Of a stretch of 64,000 nucleotides of DNA, positions 14,101 to 25,560 are shown one piece after another; the first letter of the stretch is position 1, and each line of letters opens with the position of its first letter. The position numbers were made by a program, and so were the translations under genes. The notes under the pieces are model-generated. The model saw only the letters and a list, made by a program, of their open reading frames with translations. It had not been told where the DNA came from and did no database searches. Source of the DNA: Trichoplax adhaerens (Eukaryota > Animalia > Placozoa); NCBI RefSeq assembly GCF_000150275.1, contig NW_002060946.1:5041454-5105453 (forward strand), read 5' to 3'.

Positions 14101-15575
14101 GTGTCAGTTGAATACACTGTGGAAATTTCATTGATTCTGTTGTATCTCACATGCAGTAACAAGTTAAGTTAGAAACGATAGTAATTATCATAATATAAGA
14201 ATAACTATAAGGTGAAAATAGTGATCATCGACGGAAATACGTATAGTGCTGAAGCAGCGATTACGTAAGCGAAAACAATGACATGAACACGGTGGCTTAC
14301 CATGGCATCCCCCTTGGCGGCTTTAGGTTTAGCTGTGACAGAAAGAGAATTTAAAGTTAGTTTCTAGAATTGGGAGCAGAAACATTAGTTTATCTTTGTT
14401 AAGTTGATAACAATAACAGTATCCATCCTCTAAAATCGTTATCCTTCTCCACTGTGATAGGGGTAACTTGGCGAACAAAAGAGTATTTTTAAGCAAGTGT
14501 CATGAGTCGTTGACATTTTGTACCAGCAAAGAGCTCATTTTGATTGTATTCAGCTGAGAACAACATTGCCTACGACAGAATTACTTGGTCTACAATCGAT
14601 TCACTACAGTGTCAAGGGTGGCAAATTGTGCAGAATTTAGAGATGCATCCCATGCCGATCCTAGACTACCACCAATGCAAAATCCTGTCGAACTTGACTG
14701 AGTCCATCAACAGTTCAATTAGAAGAGAGTGAAAATAAAAAGTAGCCTAATAATGAAGCCATGCAGGATATCGAATCTATTGTATTGGCTGTGCTATCAA
14801 GCTAGTCCTAGTCAAGAAATACTGTAGTTGCATGGAAGTGGAATGTCATGATCTTCCTTTTGAGGATGTCAAACTGAGTGCAACCCATCTGTAAATAGGC
14901 CAACATTGTACTGCTGTGCGGTAGAACTGATAAAAATGCTGTCGATCTATATCACTGTAAAGACCAATTCTACACACACACTGTACGTCTGAAAGAGAGG
15001 ATAGGACAACAACAACAACTACTACTGTACAGTATGCAGTCCATGTCAAAAGTTTTCAACGAGATCGACTAAAATGATGAAGGGAAATGACGTTCAAGAC
15101 GGAGCTTGGTGTAAATTGATTGTCATGGCGATGACATTCCAATCTGGCTTGAAATACTGCATTGACATTCAAAATGTCGTATCAATCCTATTGTAATGGA
15201 AATCGATCTTGGTTTGTAGCTCATTTACCCATGGCTATCTTGATGACTTGATCGCAGTTAGACTTGTTGAAGTAGTTGAAAAGTAAAAGAGAATTATGGC
15301 CAAGTTAGCAGTTGGAATGAGCAAGGCGGCTGCATCTGTCGAATGGCGTTGTAGCAGTGGACTGCAGTGGCGATCACCGTTTAATACAGTACAGGATAGG
15401 GGTAGTGAAACGTGCAAGGCCATCACAGGGACCGTTACGGTCCTAGTTGAGTCCAGTACGTCATACAGTACCCTGACAGGGAGTAGGGTACTGGTACCCT
15501 AATGGTACTCTACTTGCTGCCTTGAGTTGTCAGCACTGAGCATGTCCAGAGTACAGTATCACCTACCGAAGCCAT
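11140..15575 (-). CDS. SEPT7: Septin, SEPT7/peanut class, ~15 coding exons
   Basis: Spliced translation: [43 protein letters not shown] (P-loop), RIKQTLQ (switch I Thr), [36 protein letters not shown] and HYENYR. A SEPT7-type coiled coil ([24 protein letters not shown]) and basic tail KEKKKKKLW* follow (stop 11140-11142). The 5' micro-exons (15567-15575, 15229-15262, 14301-14332) splice in frame but are less certain than the core. Confidence 0.92.
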
Positions 15576-16973
15576 GACGGGAGTCCGGATCAATTGATGT
15601 ACACTCATTGTACAGTACAGTAGGTGTCGATACAGTAGAGGATGACCTGTATCTTACACTATCCAGTATGCTACAAATGGTCCAGTACTGGAAAATTGAA
15701 ATCGCCGTCACGGTTGGGATCGAGCCGGATCGGATTCCACTCTACTTTACCGTACCGTACTGTATCCAAAGTTTGTGGTGTTATTGCGTCGTACTGACAG
15801 GCCACAACGGCATGGAAGGAAGGACAGGAGGACTCAACTTGGTGACAGTAGTTTGTGACGGTAGTCCGCTTTGAGGACATTTTCCAATCTGCCAAATTTG
15901 AATTTCTTTTTTATTTGAACCCGCCCAACCCTAACAGAGTGCTCTATTCGGATCAACTTGTATTCAGTGTACTGTCTATTTGTACAAGTTCTTGCATTGC
16001 AAGACAGTAATGCTTACTATTACGCTATTTTCCATTGTTGGTGCAAGAAAATCACGGACTAATCGTTTTCTTCTGGTATAACCCGTCAAGAAAATCCATG
16101 CTATGCTAAGCCTTTCAAAACAGTACTGTACAGTACACTGCAGTGTATTGGTCTGTACTGTCTCTACTCTACTCTGGTGAAAGATTTCCCGCGCTAGTTA
16201 CTGGTACTGGACGGAAATGATGTTGTCGATGGTGATTGAGTTGAAACAGTACGTCAGAATATGTTGTACTGACATCATTTCTGCTTGTAATACACAGTAG
16301 ACATGATGGATTCACCGCTTGCGAGCGAAACGAATGTCACCATCTAGGTATCACTACGGCGGATCAAGTACTAGACAACGATATCGATGACTTGATAAGT
16401 ACTGTTATGGACTAGTAGAAGAAGCCGATTTTCTTCTTGATGTCATCATGGATGGATCACTACGGCTGATCAAGTACTACACTATGATATCCATGACTTG
16501 ATAAGTACTGTCATGGACTAGTAGAAGAAGCCGATTTTCTTCTTGATGTCATCATGGATCACTACGGCTGATCAAGTTCTACACTATGATATCCATGACT
16601 GGATAAGTACTGTCATAGACTAGTAGAAGAAGCCGATTTTCTTCTTGATGTCATCATGGATGGATCACTACGGCTGATTAAGTTCTACACTATGATATCC
16701 ATGACTTGATAAGTACTGTCATGGACTAGTAGAAGAAGCCGATTTCCTTCTTGATGTCATCATGGATGGATCACTACGGCTGATCAAGCACTAGACTATG
16801 ATATCGATGACTTCTTGCAGTCTACAGTACAGTAGACAGTATACAGTACTGTTGCGTCCAGGAATACAGTATACTGTACTGTACTGTACAGTACAGTGTA
16901 CAGTAGGCTACAATGTACAGCTAGGGTACAATCTACAACATTCGATCACTTTCCAGCTCATCGATGCGAGGCG
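15576..16973. promoter_or_regulatory. Divergent (head-to-head) promoter region between septin and GINS2
   Basis: Lies between opposed ATGs and is locally GC/CpG-richer. Contains CCAAT (15884), TTTGAA twice (15897, 15914), GC box CCCGCCC (15920) and E2F consensus TTTCCCGC (16185-16192). Confidence 0.6.
16351..16812. repeat. Near-perfect tandem array, ~4.4 copies of a 106-bp unit
   Basis: TCACTACGGC recurs at 16351, 16457, 16559, 16665 and 16771 (spacings 106/102/106/106). Copies differ by only a few substitutions. Confidence 0.95.
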
Positions 16974-18129
16974 ATGGAGGCCTGCGAGATTGAATTTCTT
17001 GCTGAAGATAGCATCGTGACGGTCCTACCCAATTTCTCAGAAAACAAGATTTATTTAATCAGTGTAAGCTATTGCCAACAGCCAGATTAGCTTCCTTAGC
17101 TAGGCTTGCACAAATTCAATTCATAGACGTGTACACTGTACAAATCAATTTTAGGTATCAATCCAATCAGTTCATGTTATCAATTCATGACAGAGTTCAT
17201 GAAAGCGGATGCGAGCCACATCACTTTGCCATTTCCTAATAGTGTATCAAAGTTAGCCATTGCAGTAATGGCCATACGATTTTAATGGATAAATTACAGC
17301 TCAAATCCAGCCATTCAATGGCAATACTACTGTAATTTACTAGTACAGAGTATCATAATGAGCTTGACTTGCAGTGATTATTTGGTGTTGAATTAAAATT
17401 CTTCCTTTCATGTAGGGTGATGTTGGTCCCTTTAATCCTTCCATGCCAACGGATCTGCCTTTATGGCTAGCCATCGATCTGAAGCAACGCCAAAAATGTC
17501 GAATTCAACCTCCAAAATGGATGAATGTCGGTAAGTTCTATGCCAATGTTGCTGCTATAGATGATGTAAATGTTGAAATGGCATACAAAATAATGGATTG
17601 GCTCTCTTTCTTATTCTTCATGGATACCAGAAACTCTTCAAGAGTTGAAACAAGCGGAAAATGATTCTGCACTTTTCTGTCCTATGCCTGATCCACATTA
17701 TATTGAGATAACCCAGCTGTTGATGAACTGGTTAGTCTTATCTTACTACAGTATAGGTAGAGTTACTTAACTATAATAATCTTCCTCACTACTATGCTTG
17801 CAATAACCATACATATGATGCAATAGATGAAGTTATGATCGAGCCTATTCTATTAAATATTTTGCCTATTTCATTTCAGTGCTGCAGAGGATATACCCCA
17901 TGCCGATGAGATTAAAACATTAATAAAAGATATAGCTGATTTACGCATGGCGAAATTAAAGAAGAGTATGGACGGAATGATTAAAGAAAAAGCAACCAAT
18001 GCTAGGTTAGATAATTTATCCATGATGGAGATTAACCTCATAAGACCTTTATTGACGCAAGCACTTGACCAGTCGTATCGTCTCCAATGCTTGCAAGATG
18101 AACAACTTCAACTGGCTGGTACTGAATAG
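16974..18129 (+). CDS. GINS2: DNA replication complex GINS subunit PSF2, 4 exons (16974-17063, 17416-17530, 17631-17730, 17880-18129)
   Basis: Spliced translation [66 protein letters not shown]...PDPHYIEI...[27 protein letters not shown]...[18 protein letters not shown] matches the PSF2 signature. All introns are GT-AG and in phase. Confidence 0.96.
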
Positions 18130-19888
18130 AATTACAACCTACAATACTGTAGGTATCCAGCACATTACACTCTTTCATACAGGTTACCAATGTACATACA
18201 CGAGCGTGTCTTGAATATTGTGCATTTCAATGGCAGAAGATAGACTCGTACATATCCATTTAATGATCCTATAAATTGCACTACTGAGATCATATAAAGC
18301 CACTGTAATCCAAGAGGAATGATACGAAACACCATCAAGTATCTTTATCTATTCTGTTAATGACACAGTATCAAGAATGCCACTTTGTACTAAATTCTAT
18401 TAAACTACAGTATATATGTTATAAATATGTCTACGTAATTGGATAACAATCTTATTTTTACTGTATAGTATTTACATGTTGATGCGTTGCTTTACTTACT
18501 TACATACGTAACGGCGTCTACTAAATGCTCATAGCATACTGTAAAATAGGAATTGAATAATATTTATAAATCTGCTGTATCCACATTGTACACTAATTAC
18601 GAGAGATGCCAGTGATAATTTTGATAGGGTCATTACAAACCAATCACTGCATTATCTATCGAAATTTTACAATTTGTAGATGCTGGATGAACGTAATGTG
18701 ACGAATACCTGTACAACATCGAACAGGCATTTGTTGGCAACCGATAATTGCCTTGATCTTTAATGATGGATGTTCATATCTGTCGTAGTTTCTTTTCCAA
18801 ATTAGATGTAATGAAAATAATTGCGATCATACTTATTGTATGAGTTGACACTTTTTGATGGAGGTGAAAATAATATTACCTCAGTAGGCTAAATTGATGT
18901 TTGCGCATTTTCAGCGTTTTTGAATTTCTTATCATTAGGAGAAATATGGATAGGTTACCGTGACAATCTATACTTTAATTGTATTTCTTATATTTATGCC
19001 AATTACTGGTACTATTAAAAGTAGCGATATTATCATTACACCGTAATATCGAAGAGCTATTTAGAATTGGTATAAATGAATGAATCAATAAAGAAAACAA
19101 ACCATTATTGATTTTGATTTTATTATTCGCCAATTACGTCGGTATATTCTTCACAAACGAAATTACATTATTCAAGTATAAAGCATTATTACTGTAATTT
19201 TAGATTTGTATCTTATTAAAAATGATTATAACGATCTTAGACTGGGAAGGTACATCAGCATTATTTTCATCATACATGTTCTATACATAGATCAATCAGG
19301 ATTAACTAGTTAACGAAAATTCGTATGTCGTCTATACCTATTAGAAGCAAGTCATTATCTAGAGGTAATATAGGAAACCAGAAACTGATCTATATTACTA
19401 ATATTTGTACGTTATCGAATTATTAAAACATTATTAACGATTGTTTTATTCAACATAAATAATGGCTACTTTTAAGCCAAGTATAGTACTATAAATCACT
19501 CCATAGAATATTTATTGATTTTCCTATAAATTAATATCTTGAATGAAAATTTATGACCGTAAATAAAATGGTTGAAAGCGGGAAGGTAAATTTGATCCTA
19601 AATAAAAAATTCATGAAAATACGTACTAACTCCTGATCCATGTATCTACGACAATCTTATAACGTCGTTTCGCTACTCAACAAAAGTGTTGATAAAATAG
19701 GAACTTATATCAAAGATCAATATACAATATAGCAAGAGTAAGATGCAAGCAGTATTTGAAATTTTCTTTGTATCCATCTGAATATTGTTGGCTTCCTTCA
19801 GTAATTTTACTCAACGAAATCCTAGTTTATAGATCTAGTTTTCTTCACACACATCTGTTGTTTCATGCTTTCCTAATATTTTCCATTA

Positions 19889-22800
19889 TTACGATTGTTC
19901 ATCATTGCCTATCATACACAATTATCACCAATGAAAATGCGGATAGAAGTGAATTATTATTCTATTGCAAAATCTCAGTAGATATTCAATTCCAACGACA
20001 ACCGTTCTATTAAGGTCAATATTATATTATTCTTACTTAAAGAAGCATCTGGTGGTGTGATCGGTTCAGTTATAGGCATATATGGCGATCTCGAAGTTGG
20101 TTGATCACTATCGGAAGACGATGACGACTTGGGAAAAATTGTCATGTCAGGTGAAGAACGACGAGCAAAATCTACTTTAACAATCAGTTTACGATGATTT
20201 GAAGCTGATTTGGACTTGTTCGTAGATAGTTTCTGTTTCTGATAAAGTATAAAATAGACTTTAGATATTTTGATACATAAGCGACAGTAGAATACCATCG
20301 TTATATACGAGTGTGAGGTGACAGACATGAATACACATTACATTACCTGATTGTGATTGCTACGTTTTCTCAATTTGCGATTTCGTATTCTACCACTAGC
20401 GAGAGAAGCTTCCATTGCCTTTAGTCGTCTTTTATTTCGTTTGACCTCAAACTCTTCTCGAATGACTAGTTATCAATATGCATCGACAACAATAGCAAAT
20501 TTTGTCAAGATTACATCATCACTTATTAAAGTTGCTAACAACTATCACTTTGAATTTTAATGCTGTAGCTATGTATGCCGTATGGATTCATTATTATCCT
20601 TAATAAACCATAAAAAATAATTATCCTCTCCCAAAATTTTTTCTATGAAACACTTATTTAAAAGAATTGACGCATTGTACTTATCACCTATGCACTGGAC
20701 TGATCATGATTTTGATGTTACAATGCAATTGCCTACTAACCTTTTTCATCACCGCATGGCACTAGACCTAATTTGGCCATATAAAATATTTTCTTGTTTG
20801 CACCATCTTTACTTTGTGGATGATGCGCTGCTTTCCTTTTCCTAGTCGATCCTACAATTTTTACCGCGTGGCAAATATTCAGTTTTAGCTTACTACATTT
20901 TACGTAATTCAATCTGAACATCGTTCAGATACTATTCCTGGGCTTGGTAGTCAATTTTATATACTGCTGTTACAGCAATAACCATACCTTTATGTTCAGA
21001 CGTAGAGTTGATGTATTGCAGCAATAAGCACTAATCAAAGAGTAAAATGATCCATTAATGTAGGACTATAAAAAGCTAGAATTTTTAGCATATGAAAAAA
21101 TTCTTGACTGAATGGTATACCTTGCTATCCTTCATGGTAGGCTTGTCCTCTTCCGAGAATTGAGTCGATCTATTATTGACTTTGCTTTCGGTATCAGCAT
21201 TCTTTATGTTTTTTGTAGATTCTTTAAATCCCATAATTTCTCCTACGGTAAATGTGCTGCCTTTAACGTCGGGAGTCACAAGTTTAACGGGCTTACTGCT
21301 TGTATTAGTCCAATTACTATCAGCATTTTCTTTAATATTATTATTAACTTGGTTAACTTGGTCAGCAACTTCAATCTATCAAAAATTGATGTAATCATTC
21401 ATTAATTAGATCATTTCAATCAATCTAGCACAATATACTCCAAGTTAATATTAATATCCTTATGTGTCTATAACTAAAGGCATTTATATAAAAAGTAGAA
21501 AAATAATCCTGATTTATCGTCGAACCTTTACTCTCTGTACAGGTGATGATGCATTACTAGCGGCAGAATTCTTTTCTTTCTTTTCTTTATTCACTTGCTT
21601 ATAATTTGAATTAATTAACTGCTGACGTTGCTGTTGTTTTCTAATTTTTTCTTCCTTAATTTGTTGTTGCTTCTTCATCCACAACATTTCTTCACGTTGC
21701 AACCGACTGAGCTGTTCATCTATTTTAGATGCTTTACTATTGCTGTTATCATTAGCAGTATCAGCGTATTCGTTTCTCATGCTAAATTGTCGTTGCCTTT
21801 CCAATTCTAGTAATAATTCTGGTAATTTTTAGAGTAATTACAATTATTTATGTTAACGTCATCATTTCATACTTTAATATTGTTTGAAAAAGTACTTCGA
21901 TTACGACTCTTACCTGATTCCATATTACTTTGTACATAAGGATGCAAAGCAGAATTTCGCTGACCATTCAAAGCTGCTTGCTGCATCATGTAGGAATATT
22001 GCAATTGTGCAGCTACATCAGGAGGTAATCCATTAGGTATTGCACCTATTTCAAGTCAGATTATTTTAGTCATAATAATATGAAAAAAATGTTATGACAT
22101 AATAATAAATCGTGACATTAACACTTTCTAGTACTACGTTGATAAAATACGGTAGTCAGATGATTGGATATGATAAAAAGTAAATAAATCAGCAGGAAAT
22201 TATGCAATGAATACTGTTGCGCCCAATTTTTATATCTATTTATTTCTACCTGAACTAGCACCATTGACAGCAGCTAAAGGATATTGTTGCATACCCGGAA
22301 GAAGTTCACCGTGAGCTGATGGGAACTGAGCTAAATCGGGACTCATTAAAGGATGATTGATAGGTAGATTTTCACCTTCACGTCGATGAAGTAAAGATGG
22401 ATACATCATAGCAAGATAGCGCTGATATTCTAATTCTTGCAAGGCATTGGCCTCAGTAATACCATTGATTTGATGAGCTTTTAAATAAGGATTGGTTTGT
22501 AGAAGATTAGGATGACCAGCAAGTCCTGGATATAAAGCAAGTCCTTGTTGCGATGCTAGCTCTAGTTGTGATAAATAGCTCGGATGTAATTGTTGTCCGA
22601 TTGCATTGATTACTGCAGTATTGGCTTGATTATTATTATTAGCTATTTGTGATTGATAATTGGCGTAGAATTGTTGTAATATGGCAGGATCGATATTTTT
22701 AACTGAATTATTAGCTGCTAATTGAGAATGAAGAAGGTTTCTAGCTAACATTTCTTGCTCAAATCTAGGATCAATAAGATCAGGACGATTTTGCTGCAGT

Positions 22801-25560
22801 ATCATCTTATTTTGCCAGTATTGTTGGATATCTGTCATAGGAGCGGGAGTATCTTGATTGATGGCATTTAGTAACCTCTTGTTATTCGCTGCATGATGAA
22901 GGTGCATATCTTTTAATTGAGGAGTTTTATTCGATTGTTGAGACTGTTCATTGACTTTATTTTTCTGCCTTACAAATGGTACAAATGATTTCTCGACAGA
23001 GTCATCTTTATGATTTTGTTGATGGCGAAGTAGTAATTGATCTTGTTGTGAATTTTCATGAGTATCATTCTTGTCTTGATCGGATGGACGCTTATTGTTG
23101 ATTCCTTCGTTATCATGCGTAGCCTTTTTCCCCTGACGGTCCTTATTGCTGTCGTCAGAAGTTTCCTCCTAGGGTATTCATGATAAATGATTAATAACAT
23201 TGATCTTTTCATGTCCATATCAAGCGACATTAAAATTGTTGTATCAGATCAAGAATACATTTTTACTGCTGAAATAAGATGAAAATTATTAACAGCTAAA
23301 TTAAGCTTTCAGTTTGATAAATTCTCCATACATTGGATATGAATAAGTGTACGAACTCTGTACACTGTACAAGTAAATAGGTGTTACTAATAGGAGAGAA
23401 AAAATATATTTCTACTGGTATAGCATAATCATAGAAAGATCTTGGCTGATTTTGCGTATTTTAAAGTTTGATATACTGTGATGTAGTATTAGAAACTGTT
23501 TTAAACCTTTTGACTACATCGACTGAAGAATGATTAACAGTACGTTCTAAGTTAAAATATTTGCTAGTACCTTATCTTCTGTTTGCTGCCGTTTTAATTT
23601 ATCATTCTCTGGCGATTGATCATTAACGAAAAGGCTGCATTGATTGGTAGTGCTATCGTTACCATTGGATTGTGGACTTTCGTCTTGGTGATTATTGCCG
23701 TTTAAATTAGAAGGGTCGATCAATTGCTATAGTGATACAAGATTGTAATGAAAAAAGCTTTAGAAATTTTCCAGTACAAGATATAGTCGGGACAGTAATC
23801 TATCTTAAAATAAAGTCTCAAAATTCTCTACAAAAATTGATATTATAACATATATTATGGCAAATTTTTTAATGTATAATAGTATCAAAACAGGTATCGA
23901 ACTTCAATCCAACCTAATCAAACTCTATCAAAATAGACATTTTCATCTATGTTAGTCGGAAATAGGACTGCTTATTAAAAACCGTTTTACCCTGAAAATT
24001 TACACCTTAGGCAAGGCTACGCTATTTAATCTCTCGAATCATTCTATTTCAGTCATAAGTAAAATCTTTATATCCTCAAATAGCGTGTTGGTAGTTTTTT
24101 TTATCTTTGAAATAGGTCGGCCTACAGCAATTACTGATATTCAAAGTCATTCAAAATATTTTTATTATTATTACCTTGGCAGATTTGTTTTCCTTTGATT
24201 GATTCACTCTATTCCTTAACTCAGAGAGCTTTTCATTTGCTTCTATGTCCTCTTTTGCCATCTGTAATTCTTTCTGATGGTTTGCAGTGTGCTGCGATTT
24301 TGATTTCTTTTCGTGGTAGTTATTACTGTAAGATAAATTCAAATTACCCAGATAGCCGGTTAATTCAGAAACATCAATTTACGTTTTCATGAATAATTTT
24401 GACAAATATGGTAGAAATTTTATATGATGTAATTGGATCATCAAATCTACAGTATAAGCAATATTGTAAACACACTACTAAACGTTTATGTGAGATAAAA
24501 TTCGAGAACATGATTGAATATTCCGTTATGAAATAGATTACTCGACTTACCTTATCGAGTTAGCGATAGTTTGTTTTTGCTGATGATTAGCATATGAACG
24601 AAGAAGCATAGATGGATGAGCTTTTCTCTCTTGATCAATATGCTTAGTTGAATGATGATTATTTAAAGAGAAATGATGGTGATCTAATTTTAACTTTCTT
24701 TGTACTGCTTCTACTGGATCGAGCTGATAGCGATCATTATGATTGGATTTAGTTTGCATAGTCCACTTGTAAGATTGAGGATGGTGTGACATTTGTGATT
24801 CCATAGCTACCGACAGAGATACGTTAAGCTTGAATACTATCTAATTTCTTGCAATAGGATTCTTTTAAGAAAGTTTTTTCCGGGTAAAAATGGATCTAAG
24901 TTGACCAAAACAAGTCGTAACCTTTTTATACGATGATCTAATCCACGTTAATGGCCTGAATAACTTACTTTTGGTCAGTATGGATAGGAAACTAAAACAA
25001 ATTGAGAGAGGAATAAAATATTAAATCATGATTAAAAAGCATCATTTTATAATCAACTTTTTCAGCAGTGAAACACTTGCATGAACGATGTCTATAGAAG
25101 CCAACCTATGATGGCAACTAAGATAGTGTACAAATGCAGTCAAATTAAGGTTATCTGCACCGCGGGTATTGGATAGAATTGTTAATATGCTGACGTAAAT
25201 ATTAATTAAGTTAAGCATGGAATAAATTAAAAAGTGATTATTAAATGATTACATGAGCAACTTTGTAAAATAACGATATTATGTGATTATCGTTTTCGTT
25301 AATATCCGATTCCCTGCTGATCTATCACACGGTGTATCAATGATACTTGTATGCTTTTTCCCGTAAAGAATAATTCTCTGATTGAATTACTTTACCGATT
25401 TAAATACTAGACGTGATATTAAGCTACATAATCAGAGATGTTGGCACTTTGATTAAATAATTTAAAATCGAAGCTGTTTGACAAGCAATCCTTTATCCTT
25501 ATTTTTATTCTGAGGCCTTCAAAATAAAATGGTACCAACGTAGTGTACTTACAATTCCAT
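19889..25560 (-). CDS. Low-complexity Q/N/H-rich protein (~880 aa, ~14 exons); putative GSE1-like corepressor-associated protein
   Basis: Exons splice in phase: 25553-25560, 24969-24991, 24551-24806, 24175-~24325, 23571-23726, 22250-23168, 21914-22046, ~21527-21806, ~21122-21375, 20988-21030, ~20762-20851, 20348-20465, ~20038-20238, 19889-19908. The product has a Q/P/A-rich region, a charged coiled coil (EQLSRLQREEMLWMKKQQQIKEEKIRKQQQRQQ), NLS-like RKRK and the motif KKIFYMAKLGLVPCGDEKVIREEFEVKRNKRRLK. The gene itself is well supported. The start, the stop (19889 vs 19975) and the GSE1 identity are inferred. Confidence 0.7.

Noticed and set aside
14544-15895. Overlapping ORFs on both strands in the septin 5' region
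   Set aside because: By-products of locally higher GC in septin introns and promoter; no homology signal.
16351-16812. CRISPR-like array (regular repeats with internal hairpin)
   Set aside because: The whole 106-bp unit is repeated with no unique spacers, there are no cas genes, and the context is intron-rich eukaryotic DNA.
18690-18980. Extra 3' exons of the minus-strand gene encoding a GSE1 C-terminal coiled coil
   Set aside because: Donor-like sites exist, but candidate frames are short or stop-interrupted and show no coiled-coil pattern.
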